A DNA stretch of 51,305 nucleotides from a virus (lineage: Duplodnaviria; Caudoviricetes), in IMG/VR virus record IMGVR_UViG_3300037882_001299, positions 1 to 51,305 of that record, one strand, 5' to 3'. Under the pieces are notes generated by a model. That model saw only the letters and a list, made by a program, of their open reading frames with translations. It made no database searches and was not told the DNA's origin. The translations under genes and the position numbers were made by a program. Positions 24,639 to 33,732 of this stretch are shown piece after piece (within the stretch, counting starts at the first letter, position 1; every line of letters starts with the position of its first letter).

Positions 24639-26097
24639 ATCAATCAGACAAGCCCTCGCAGGAGGTTATCGACTGCCTGATGAAGATGCACTACGACAGT
24701 TTGAGGCAAATCTCGTGGTTGGGACACCAGGATGGGAATACTTGCTTCTACGGAAAATCACTCCCGAGTCTAGTAGACACTTTAGACTTGGATATGATAC
24801 TGGAAAGAATGCAGTCTGCATCCCAGTCTTCAAAGACGGAAAACTTGTCAACATCAGGTACCGACACCTTGACCCAAATGCGCCACAAAGGTATACGCAA
24901 GAGAAGGGATGCGAAGTTTGGCTCTATAACGAAGCGGGTCTGCAAGAGGAGAAGTCTAAAAAGGGAGTGCTTATTGTTGAGGGAGAGTTTGACCTCATAT
25001 CGGCTTGGCAAGCGGGCTTCAAGAACGTTATCTCACCAAGCTCAGGTAAGGATAGCTACGGACCTTGGATTGAGCTACTTGACAATACCGGAAGGGTATA
25101 CATTGCCTATGATAACGACGATGCTGGAAGAGGGGCAAGCCTTAAGCTGGCAGAACGGGTGGGAATCGACAAGTCTTATGAAGTCTCTTACCCAGACGGT
25201 TGCAAGGATGCAAACGACTACTTTGGGTCATTCGGGGACGATGCAAGTTTTAGGCAATTAATCAAGGAGGCCAAACCCTACTACAAGCATAAGTTTTCCA
25301 ACCTTGGTGATGTAATCGAAGGTTACCTAAACAAGGGAGAGGACCGTATAGAGTTAGACTCAGTTCCCTACGTAAAGTTTAAACCAGACTGGTTGGCTGT
25401 GTTCTCTGGCGATTCTGGTGTAGGGAAGACTAGCTATCTACTTAATGTTGCTAATGAGTTAGTGACGAAAGGATACCCAACACTAGTACTGCCATTTGAA
25501 AGAGGAATCACAGAGGTGGGGCCTCGATTCATCCAAGTCCGTTACAAGAAGGAAGAGGACGACCTCGGTGTAATGACCAAGGAGGGTTGGGACGCTATCA
25601 GGAATGATGCAGTTGACCTACCTCTATACTTCGCAATGCCAGACGAACAAGAGTTCGAGGATACTCTAGTTCGGGCCAAGAGGTTGTTTGGGATTCAGTT
25701 CGTTATTCTGGACCACCTTGATTACTTCATCCATGGTACAGACCAGACCGCAAGACAAGCTGATTGGATACGTAAGCTTAAGGATATAGCGCAGCGTCAC
25801 CAGATAATTATGCTCGTCGTGCACCACATAGGTAAGCCAGAGAAGGGCAAGATAAAAAGGCGACCAACTAAAGAAGACATGAAGGGTTCTTCAGCCATCT
25901 ATCAAGTGGCGGAAGCAGTTGTACTTCTACATGCAGTTGATGATAAACGTATGGAGATAATCATTGACAAAAACAAAGGTCCCCAGGGCTTGCGTGTGGT
26001 CAGAGTAAATCACGCGACAGGGGTGTTTGGTACTAATGAAGCGTTGTACACAGAGGAAGAGCTCAGAGCTTTACAAGAAGACGAAGACGACTACTAG
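24622..26097 (+). CDS. Primase-helicase (TOPRIM plus SF4/DnaB-like helicase) lacking the N-terminal Zn domain
   Basis: IVEGEFD and YDNDDAG TOPRIM motifs; Walker A GDSGVGKT, ILDHL, VVHH, KGSS...Q, KNK.G. Confidence 0.9.
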   Translation: MDGKIKSIRQALAGGYRLPDEDALRQFEANLVVGTPGWEYLLLRKITPESSRHFRLGYDTGKNAVCIPVFKDGKLVNIRYRHLDPNAPQRYTQEKGCEVWLYNEAGLQEEKSKKGVLIVEGEFDLISAWQAGFKNVISPSSGKDSYGPWIELLDNTGRVYIAYDNDDAGRGASLKLAERVGIDKSYEVSYPDGCKDANDYFGSFGDDASFRQLIKEAKPYYKHKFSNLGDVIEGYLNKGEDRIELDSVPYVKFKPDWLAVFSGDSGVGKTSYLLNVANELVTKGYPTLVLPFERGITEVGPRFIQVRYKKEEDDLGVMTKEGWDAIRNDAVDLPLYFAMPDEQEFEDTLVRAKRLFGIQFVILDHLDYFIHGTDQTARQADWIRKLKDIAQRHQIIMLVVHHIGKPEKGKIKRRPTKEDMKGSSAIYQVAEAVVLLHAVDDKRMEIIIDKNKGPQGLRVVRVNHATGVFGTNEALYTEEELRALQEDEDDY

Positions 26098-26098
26098 T

Positions 26099-26383
26099 AT
26101 GCTTGACCTTACTCCACAGGAACTTCAGAGGCTACGAGAAATTAGTATCTTTGATATCCTCAATGTACCAGACAAAGGTCGAAGGGTCGGCATACCTTGC
26201 CCCGTCCACCAAGGCAGGAACGACAACTTCAACCTGTATCCTAATAACTCATACTACTGCTTTAAGTGCGGTGCTGTGGGTTCCAATGGGATAGACCTTA
26301 TCAGGGACCTTAAGAGTTACCCTAAGAAAATGAGTTCAGACCAGTTCGTGTCTGTTATAGAAGAGCTAGTTCACTATCTGTGA
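26099..26383 (+). CDS. Stand-alone CHC2 zinc-finger (primase Zn-binding domain)
   Basis: CPVH...YYCFKCG...GIDL; ATG at 26099. Confidence 0.85.
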   Translation: MLDLTPQELQRLREISIFDILNVPDKGRRVGIPCPVHQGRNDNFNLYPNNSYYCFKCGAVGSNGIDLIRDLKSYPKKMSSDQFVSVIEELVHYL

Positions 26384-26483
26384 TTTCTGTGGTGTAATAA
26401 GTTATCCACTTGCCTGAAATCGGGTATGTGATACAATATTCAAATCCAAAGCAGTTTGGAATTATTCAAATAAGAAATAATTA

Positions 26484-27080
26484 ATGTCACTATTCAAATC
26501 ACTATTTCCAACCTTGGCAGAAGTCAAGACAGCAACCTCAGAGAAGGAAGCGTTGGAAAAGAAATTAGAAGCCCGCGATAAGCGTATAGAAGAACTCCAG
26601 GATTCAAAGCGAGAACTGGCTCAGTCTTACGAACGCAGCATCGAGGAGAAGAACTACAGTCATCGTCGTGCACTCTCTAGTCTTGAGCGAGAGCTTAAGG
26701 AAGCAGATGAACGAAATGAGAAGGCTCTTAGTTTCTACGCAGAAGATTCTCGAATCACTGCCGACAACATTGAGATGCGTGCAGACCTCCGTGTTGAAAA
26801 GGAAGCGCTGGAATATCGTAAAGAAGTCCGCAAGGAAGTAGAGGCGCTCATGATAGGACTCCGAGAAGCTCTCGTTAATGAAGCAGCGGCCATGTCAACT
26901 GCAGAAGCGCAAGAAGACACAATCAAGTCTCTCAAGGCTCAGATTGCTGACTACAATGAAATGATTAAGTTCATCTCAAGTAAGATTCCTACAGTGGACC
27001 TCTCTAGCTTCAACATCAATGTTGATGTACAACCAGCCGAAGTAAATGTTAGTGGTGGTCAGCAAATCAAGAAAAACTAA
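26484..27080 (+). CDS. Coiled-coil hypothetical protein
   Basis: 198 aa; downstream of TTGCCT-16-TACAAT promoter. Confidence 0.7.
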   Translation: MSLFKSLFPTLAEVKTATSEKEALEKKLEARDKRIEELQDSKRELAQSYERSIEEKNYSHRRALSSLERELKEADERNEKALSFYAEDSRITADNIEMRADLRVEKEALEYRKEVRKEVEALMIGLREALVNEAAAMSTAEAQEDTIKSLKAQIADYNEMIKFISSKIPTVDLSSFNINVDVQPAEVNVSGGQQIKKN

Positions 27081-27428
27081 ATGCAAACAGTAACAGTTAA
27101 GAAGCTCAACTGGAAAGACGGTGAGGGCGCAAAAGGAAAGTGGAGTAAGATTGGAATCATAACTGAAGAACTGGGTGACAAGTGGCTCGGATGTTTTGAA
27201 GACAAGTTCAACTCAACAAAGCTGCGGGCTATTCAAGAAGGTTCTAAAATTGAGATTGTAGTAATCCCTAATGGAGATTACCTGAACTTCTCATTCCCAA
27301 CTAAGGTTGACCTTCTAGAACTCCGCATCGCACGACTAGAGGCAATGGTGTTTCCTCCCACAGTAGGAAATACTAACGTACCTTACCCGGTTCCAGAAGA
27401 TGATGGGCCAGGACCAGACGATTTCTAA
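27081..27428 (+). CDS. Putative ssDNA-binding protein
   Basis: OB-like beta pattern; acidic C-tail ending DDF. Confidence 0.5.
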   Translation: MQTVTVKKLNWKDGEGAKGKWSKIGIITEELGDKWLGCFEDKFNSTKLRAIQEGSKIEIVVIPNGDYLNFSFPTKVDLLELRIARLEAMVFPPTVGNTNVPYPVPEDDGPGPDDF

Positions 27429-27957
27429 AGTTGACGAAGCTCACCAGTTAGTATCAGAACTAATCTCTATTCAGAAAGTACGCCGGAAGATAGACGTTGC
27501 TAGGGGAAAATTACTCTGGCAACTACACGCTAATAACCTTTTTAGGTCAGCTTTCGGGGATGGTGTTGATACATGGGAAGAGTTCGTCCGCTCACCAGAA
27601 ATTGGGCTTACTGTGTCCGAAGCGAACCGAGCGATGCAGCTATACGAATACTTTGTAGTAAAGTTTGAGGTTCCAGAGAGCGACCTTGAGCGAGTACCAG
27701 TACGGGCACTGACGCACATTCTACCAAGACTAAAAGCGGGGGATTTCGACTTTCAGCACGTAGAAGAGCTTATAGGTGCGGCACAAGAACTTACATTCTA
27801 TGAGTTTAAGGAACGCGTAAGAGATATGGAGTTTGGACCAGACCGTACATACAACTACATGGTAATGCGTAGATGTAACGAGACGAAAAATCTCTCTAAA
27901 GTGATAGAGATTTCAAACGAAGAGATATTATCAGTTTGGCCACAATTAAATGAGTGA
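27400..27957 (+). CDS. Hypothetical protein
   Basis: 185 aa ORF. Confidence 0.65.
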   Translation: MMGQDQTISKVDEAHQLVSELISIQKVRRKIDVARGKLLWQLHANNLFRSAFGDGVDTWEEFVRSPEIGLTVSEANRAMQLYEYFVVKFEVPESDLERVPVRALTHILPRLKAGDFDFQHVEELIGAAQELTFYEFKERVRDMEFGPDRTYNYMVMRRCNETKNLSKVIEISNEEILSVWPQLNE

Positions 27958-28861
27958 ACCACAATTACAGTCGTACACAATAAAAGCAACAATTCCGACA
28001 GGGAGTTACGCTAATATCCAACCGGAAATCACGGTTACGGCAGAAAGCATGGAAGCAGCGAAGGCGACAGTGATGCCGCATATCCAGACTATGTACAGGG
28101 AATACTCTGACATCGCACTTAGACCAAACAAAGTTCAAGGTGTAATTGAACTGTTAAAATCCTTCAACGAAGGTGTAGAGCTAGAGTTTGACCGGGAAGC
28201 CCATACGTACATGTACAACGGGCAGCGTCTTGAGTCAGCATCAGGATTCACGGCTCGCCACACTAAAAAGTTTGACACACAAGGAGTCAGTAAGCAATGT
28301 GAAGGTAAATGGGGTATTCCACAAGTAGATATTCTTGGGCTTTGGAAAAGTAATGGTGACGCTGCTGCCGGTTTTGGTACAGCTATCCATGCAGTATTAG
28401 AACACTACTTCAAGATGAAGTCAATAGGACAGACCATCATGGAAAATTCCAAGAAAGAAGTAAATGCAGCTCTACCCAACCATCCGTTCCTTCAGAAGCT
28501 CATCCAAGAGCTAGAGGTATTGATGCCAGAAGAAGGTGAGAACCTTCAGGAGATATTAATCTCAAACGTAGAGAAAGGATTCTGTGGACTCGTGGATAAT
28601 CTCTTAATACTTGACGCAGAGAATAAGGTGTGTCGTATTAGAGATTACAAGATTGCTTACGATGTAGAGAAGAAGGGAGATAAATTACTAACCCCCTTCG
28701 ATGTACTACCACCGACCAAACTGTCCAAGTATCAAGTCCAGTTATCCTTCTACGCCAACCTACTCCAGTTCTCGGGCTGGACAGTCGAAGGTCTAGACAT
28801 CTTCGCATACGACGGAGAGTGGAAGAAGTACCCATTAGAGGTATTACAAGTTATAAATTAG
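27950..28861 (+). CDS. PD-(D/E)XK exonuclease (Cas4/RecB-like)
   Basis: GTAIH, E...GLVD, RDYK, YQVQLSFY motifs. Confidence 0.8.
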   Translation: MSEPQLQSYTIKATIPTGSYANIQPEITVTAESMEAAKATVMPHIQTMYREYSDIALRPNKVQGVIELLKSFNEGVELEFDREAHTYMYNGQRLESASGFTARHTKKFDTQGVSKQCEGKWGIPQVDILGLWKSNGDAAAGFGTAIHAVLEHYFKMKSIGQTIMENSKKEVNAALPNHPFLQKLIQELEVLMPEEGENLQEILISNVEKGFCGLVDNLLILDAENKVCRIRDYKIAYDVEKKGDKLLTPFDVLPPTKLSKYQVQLSFYANLLQFSGWTVEGLDIFAYDGEWKKYPLEVLQVIN

Positions 28862-28874
28862 ATTCAAAAAAATT

Positions 28875-29150
28875 ATGTTTACATTCATTATCGCAGCATC
28901 CGTAGGAGTTCTCGCGTACATTACAGGCTTTGCTCTAGGGCGAAACTCAGCCTGGGACGAAATGTTCCCAGCAACAGACCTTGTTCCTTACACAGCAGTA
29001 CCAGTAGTAGAAGCAGCTAAGGAAGAGGTAGTAACAGCCGAGGTGCCAGCACCAAAGGCTAAGAAGCTCACAGTAGTATCTGTAACAGTGTCAAAGACAC
29101 CAAAGAAAGCTACTGCGAAGAAAGCAGCAAAGAAAAGCAAGAAGTCATAA
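28875..29150 (+). CDS. Membrane-anchored protein with Lys/Ala-rich tail
   Basis: N-terminal TM; KKATAKKAAKK C-terminus. Confidence 0.65.
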   Translation: MFTFIIAASVGVLAYITGFALGRNSAWDEMFPATDLVPYTAVPVVEAAKEEVVTAEVPAPKAKKLTVVSVTVSKTPKKATAKKAAKKSKKS

Positions 29151-29165
29151 TTACACGGGGATTAA

Positions 29166-29253
29166 ACCTCCCCTCTTGCTTCCAGCAATCCCATAGGGAT
29201 ATGCGCGATACAAATAACGATTTAGTCGTCGCCTGGATGTAAGCGGAGGGGTT
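29166..29253 (+). ncRNA. Putative structured RNA
   Basis: CCCCTC..GCTTCCAG / CTGG..AAGC.GAGGGG closing stem with two inner hairpins. Confidence 0.35.
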
Positions 29254-29284
29254 GAATTACTAAGATAATCATGTTATAATCACT

Positions 29285-29482
29285 ATGATGGACATATTCA
29301 AGAATATATCAAGAGTCCTAGGGTCAGCCTCGAAGCTAGTGTTACTTATGTTCTCTGGAGCCACATGTGCCGCCCTGTTTACAGGCCACATTGATTCTGA
29401 GATATTTAACGCAGCGATGATGATGGTCCTTGGTTTCTACTTTGGAAAGACACAAAGCTCGAACGAGCCTAAGGTTGAGTAG
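29285..29482 (+). CDS. Putative holin
   Basis: Two TM segments, VLGFYFG motif; next to lysozyme-like gene; leaderless promoter TTGAAT-17-TATAAT. Confidence 0.6.
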   Translation: MMDIFKNISRVLGSASKLVLLMFSGATCAALFTGHIDSEIFNAAMMMVLGFYFGKTQSSNEPKVE

Positions 29483-29510
29483 AACCATTTATCCGATAAG
29501 CCCATAGCTT

Positions 29511-30008
29511 ATAAAACATATACGAAAGTTCATTCTTTTACTCGTCCTACTATCAGGCTTCCTCATACTGAACTCACGGGTCACGGCAACCCCACAACAA
29601 ACTCCGGCCTTGGAAGCTCCGCAAGCTACAACCACTCAACAAGTAATTGTAGCGACTAGTACCCCCGATGTTAAAGTCGCAGGCACTACGAAACAAGCGG
29701 TCACTCTACCCAACGAGGTAGCGAAACAAATTGCAGAACGCATTGGTCCAGACCACCCACTATTACAGGTGGCAAGGTGTGAATCAAAGTACCGGCAATT
29801 TAATGCTGATGGAAGCGTACTAAGAGGTGAGCAGAATCCGCAGGACGTTGGTGTTCTTCAAATCAATGAGAAGTACCACCTTGCAGATTCAAAACGACTA
29901 GGGTATGATATCCATACTCTAGAAGGCAACGTAGATTATGGAGTATACCTCTATGAACACCAAGGACTAGTGCCTTGGAATTGGAGCCGTCACTGCTGGG
30001 GTAGCTAG
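29511..30008 (+). CDS. Lysozyme-like/SLT transglycosylase with N-terminal signal anchor
   Basis: VARCES...GVLQIN...PW motifs; in-frame hydrophobic extension from ATA 29511. Confidence 0.75.
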   Translation: MKHIRKFILLLVLLSGFLILNSRVTATPQQTPALEAPQATTTQQVIVATSTPDVKVAGTTKQAVTLPNEVAKQIAERIGPDHPLLQVARCESKYRQFNADGSVLRGEQNPQDVGVLQINEKYHLADSKRLGYDIHTLEGNVDYGVYLYEHQGLVPWNWSRHCWGS

Positions 30009-30043
30009 CACGGATAGTGATAAAATGATAAACTGTTCCTCAC

Positions 30044-30262
30044 ATGTGGGTGAGGATGAGAAGAAGAAGTGTGGCGCAAAAGAGAGACGCTAGACCCCTA
30101 CAGAATTGGGTGTAGGGGTGACTATTACGAGGGTTTGTAGCCCCTGATATGTGCCTTGACCCAGGCTATACCTTAAGGTAAACCGCTATCTAAAAAACTT
30201 GTTAGGTGACCATACTGATAAAGAACTCCTAACCACTCTCTTCTTCTCATCCTTGCTCATAT
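30044..30262 (+). ncRNA. ~220-nt multi-stem structured RNA
   Basis: ~30-bp closing helix with G-U pairs and five internal hairpins. Confidence 0.6.
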
Positions 30263-30286
30263 ATTTTTACCCACTAATGTAATACA

Positions 30287-30661
30287 ATGAGCAGAGTAAT
30301 CTTCAAAAAATTAGAAGACCCAGTTTATAAACGGAACATATACTTAGGAATAGGCGACCAGGAAAAGGTATTAAAACAATTTGCCCGAGATACAAAACTG
30401 AAGAACGAACCACTAGATGTTGTTCCAAGTCGCCTAGGTATGGTATGGCAAGCACCTAACGGAGCAATTCTAATATGGTTGCATAAGTTCAGTTCTGCGG
30501 CAGAAGATATCGACACAATGGTTCATGAAATATTTCACCTCGTACACTCTGTGATGGATTGTATCGGGGGTAGATTAACTGACTCATCAGAGGAATCATA
30601 CGCCTATCTTGCTGGCTACTACGCTAGTCAGATATCTGAACTATATAAAAAATATAAATAA
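30287..30661 (+). CDS. HEXXH metallopeptidase-like protein
   Basis: VHEIFH...EESYAY. Confidence 0.65.
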   Translation: MSRVIFKKLEDPVYKRNIYLGIGDQEKVLKQFARDTKLKNEPLDVVPSRLGMVWQAPNGAILIWLHKFSSAAEDIDTMVHEIFHLVHSVMDCIGGRLTDSSEESYAYLAGYYASQISELYKKYK

Positions 30662-31395
30662 TGTTAAACATATTAATTTTCGACATCGAGAACTCACCAA
30701 ATATCTCAGCTAACTGGGGGATATGGGAACAGAACGCAGTCTGGGTAGAGAAAGAATGGCAGTTGCTTTCATTCGCATACAAGTGGTATGGGGACAAGAG
30801 CGTGAAGGTAAGAACTCTGCACGATACTGGTAGTAAGGTAGATAAGCAACTCACCAGGGAACTATGGATGCTCTTTGATAAGGCTGATATTATCATTGCA
30901 CACAACGGTGACAAATTCGATATTAGAAAAGCTAACGCACGATTCTTACTACATGGACTACCTCCACCCTCTCCTTATAGAACTATTGACACCCTCAAGG
31001 TGGCTCGTAGCCGTTTTGCTCTTAATAGTAATAGACTGGATGATATTGCGAAAGCGTTAGGTATAGGAATGAAAGAGTCTACAGGTGGTGCGCAACTCTG
31101 GCGCGACTGTATGGCAGGAGACGAGCAGGCCTGGGCAAAGATGAAGAAGTATAATAAACAAGACGTTGTGCTTCTAGAGGCTGTGTACGAGGAGCTACGA
31201 CCATGGATTAAGAATCCAATTAACCTAGGCGTGGTATGTGAAGGAAAGGTCTGCCCTCACTGTGCGTCAACCAAGATACAAAAGCGGGGTATGGGCTACT
31301 CACAATCTGGTTCACACCAACGGTACATGTGTTCTGATTGTGCGGGATGGAGCAAAGGAAAAACTATTAGTTCAAAGTTAGTTATAAAACCATGA
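30661..31395 (+). CDS. RNase H-like 3'-5' exonuclease with C-terminal Zn ribbon
   Basis: FDIE, AHNGDKFD, YNKQDV; CPHC...CSDC. Confidence 0.85.
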   Translation: MLNILIFDIENSPNISANWGIWEQNAVWVEKEWQLLSFAYKWYGDKSVKVRTLHDTGSKVDKQLTRELWMLFDKADIIIAHNGDKFDIRKANARFLLHGLPPPSPYRTIDTLKVARSRFALNSNRLDDIAKALGIGMKESTGGAQLWRDCMAGDEQAWAKMKKYNKQDVVLLEAVYEELRPWIKNPINLGVVCEGKVCPHCASTKIQKRGMGYSQSGSHQRYMCSDCAGWSKGKTISSKLVIKP

Positions 31396-32390
31396 CAACA
31401 TTTAAACGCTACCCAAAAATTCACAGGTTAGGTAAAGAAGAAGTCGAAGGAATCCTTGAGGGTGAATGCCATATCGAGGAAAAGATTGACGGAGCTAACG
31501 CATCCATCTGGCTTGACAAGCGCGGGGAAGTAACGTGTGGTTCTAGAAACAGAGAACTGTCAGGGGGCTTCAATGGACTGGTTGATTATGTAAAAACAGA
31601 CGCAGCAATAAATCTTATCCTACATGACCACCCAACCTGGAGACTATACGGTGAGTGGCTTGTACGGCACACTATCGGATACAACGAGTCAGCGTATAAG
31701 AAGTTCTATTTGTTTGATATAACAGTAGTGCGTGATGGTGAAGAGGTCGAGGAGTTCCTTACAAAGGAAGAGGTTATTAAAGTTGCTGACTACTACAATA
31801 TCCCACGACCTGAGTACCATGGGTCGTTCAAAAACCCAACCAGTGAACAAATCTTAGAGCATGTCGGTAAGTCAGTACTTGGCGAGAAGGGAGAGGGTGT
31901 TGTTATAAAGAACCACGAGTTCCGAGACAAGTTTGGTTCACACAACTACGCGAAGATTGTCACCGAAAACTTCAAAGAAGATAACGCAGTTAACTTTGGA
32001 GGGAATAACAAGCATTCGGAATCTTACTGGGAGCTTTACGTTGTAAACAAATACATGTCCTTGGCAAGAGTCGAAAAGGTTATGCACAAGATTCAGCCGC
32101 TAGTGGATAAGCGACTAGACCTAGAACACATCCCGCGTATTTCAAATACATGTTACCATGACATGTTGACCGAAGAAATATGGGAGATTCAAGACAAGGT
32201 AGAGTCACTAAACTTCCGGTCTTTGAAACGAATCGCACTAAAGAAGGCCGTCGCAATCTACAAGGAAATATTATCAGGAGATATAAGCGTAGCTCATGCA
32301 AGAACTATTGATAATGAGGGGGCTTTCAGCATCAGGGAAGTCAACGATAGCGAAGGAGCTGATGAACGGACAGAGGAAGAGAGTCAATAG
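31392..32390 (+). CDS. ATP-dependent RNA ligase (Rnl2-like)
   Basis: EKIDGAN adenylation motif, YGEW, FYLFDI, EGVVIK, AKIV. Confidence 0.85.
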   Translation: MTTFKRYPKIHRLGKEEVEGILEGECHIEEKIDGANASIWLDKRGEVTCGSRNRELSGGFNGLVDYVKTDAAINLILHDHPTWRLYGEWLVRHTIGYNESAYKKFYLFDITVVRDGEEVEEFLTKEEVIKVADYYNIPRPEYHGSFKNPTSEQILEHVGKSVLGEKGEGVVIKNHEFRDKFGSHNYAKIVTENFKEDNAVNFGGNNKHSESYWELYVVNKYMSLARVEKVMHKIQPLVDKRLDLEHIPRISNTCYHDMLTEEIWEIQDKVESLNFRSLKRIALKKAVAIYKEILSGDISVAHARTIDNEGAFSIREVNDSEGADERTEEESQ

Positions 32391-33150
32391 AGATTTACTC
32401 CGTGAGATGCTCCACGACAATGTGTTTAGTGGGCGCAATGAAAAGGTTACTATTGAGGTAGAGAAGGCCATTGTGTCTGAATTACTTAAGTCAGGATACG
32501 ATGTCATTGTAGATGACTGTAATCTTTCTGAACACCATGCTCAAATGTGGCTAGCTGTAGCAGTTGCACACGGGGCCAAGTTCAGTCAAAAACACGTAGC
32601 CACCTCATGGCAGGTGTGCATAGAGCGAGACAAGGGTCGCGGGAAAGCAGTTGGAGAACACACAATTAAACAAATGGCGTTACAGTATGGGTTACTTCTT
32701 GATAAGGATATTTCTAAAGGTATTGTCATATGTGATATCGATGGCACGATTGCTGATATCGAACACCGCCGCCACTACGTACAACAGGACCCTAAAGACT
32801 GGAAAGGCTTCTTCTCTGAAATGGATAAGGACACAGTTCGTGAAGATGTCAAGGCAGATATAAAGAGATGTGAAGAAGCTGGCTTTGACATAGTATTTGT
32901 TAGCGCACGACCTGAGGACTACCGAGAAGTTACAGAGAAGTGGTTGATGGACAACATGGGATACAACTTTGTGCTCATGCGCAGGTCTGGAGACAAGCGA
33001 CCGGATGTGCAAGTTAAACAAGAAATCTATGACAAATATCTCAAACATTATAATGTGGTACGAGTATATGATGACCGTCCTTCTGTCATTCGTATGTGGG
33101 AAGGGAACGGATTAGAAGTAATAAATTGCGGCGATAGCGTCGAGTTCTAA
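32296..33150 (+). CDS. pseT: Polynucleotide 5'-kinase/3'-phosphatase (T4 PNK-like)
   Basis: GLSASGKST P-loop, NRD.LR, HAD motif DIDGT, SAR, YDDR. Confidence 0.9.
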   Translation: MQELLIMRGLSASGKSTIAKELMNGQRKRVNRDLLREMLHDNVFSGRNEKVTIEVEKAIVSELLKSGYDVIVDDCNLSEHHAQMWLAVAVAHGAKFSQKHVATSWQVCIERDKGRGKAVGEHTIKQMALQYGLLLDKDISKGIVICDIDGTIADIEHRRHYVQQDPKDWKGFFSEMDKDTVREDVKADIKRCEEAGFDIVFVSARPEDYREVTEKWLMDNMGYNFVLMRRSGDKRPDVQVKQEIYDKYLKHYNVVRVYDDRPSVIRMWEGNGLEVINCGDSVEF

Positions 33151-33151
33151 T

Positions 33152-33721
33152 ATGATAATAGGGTTCACAGGAAAAGCACAGAGCGGTAAATCAACCGCGT
33201 GTCAGATGGTACAAGGCGACCTACCAGACGTAATCAGAGTAAACTTTAAGGATGGATTGGTAAATGAGATGAAGAAGAACTTTCCCAACACACTTAAGGG
33301 CCTGGGCGCTTTGATGGGTGAGGTTAACGCCACACAAGACTTCTCACTTGAGCGTCTATTCGATACAAAACCAACCACCATGCGTGCATTCATGCAGGAG
33401 TATGGTACCGAGGTCAGGCGAGGAGACGACCAAGATTACTGGATTAAAATCTGGAAGGAGACAGTGCTGGCTAATCAGGAGTTCCATATTGTTTGTGATG
33501 ATGTGAGGTTCCTCAACGAGGCGAAGGCACTCAAAGAAATGGGAGGAGTACTCGTCCGCATCAAACGCGATGATATAACTGACACAGGAAACCACCAGTC
33601 AGAAATGGAGATGGACCAGATTGAAGTAGACTACACGTTCAATGCAGTGAAGGACGGACATGAACAACTACATGCACAGATACGAGAACTCTACACGCCT
33701 GAGTTGATACCAAGTAACTAA
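33152..33721 (+). CDS. Deoxynucleoside monophosphate kinase
   Basis: GFTGKAQSGKST, R.FMQ.YGTE, DDVRF.NE, HQSE. Confidence 0.9.
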   Translation: MIIGFTGKAQSGKSTACQMVQGDLPDVIRVNFKDGLVNEMKKNFPNTLKGLGALMGEVNATQDFSLERLFDTKPTTMRAFMQEYGTEVRRGDDQDYWIKIWKETVLANQEFHIVCDDVRFLNEAKALKEMGGVLVRIKRDDITDTGNHQSEMEMDQIEVDYTFNAVKDGHEQLHAQIRELYTPELIPSN

Positions 33722-33732
33722 CAAAAATGCCC

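Noticed and set aside
24626-25261. 211-aa alternative-frame ORF within the primase, and other antisense ORFs such as 50499-51155 and 9780-10292
   Set aside because: Shadow ORFs of well-supported genes with no motifs
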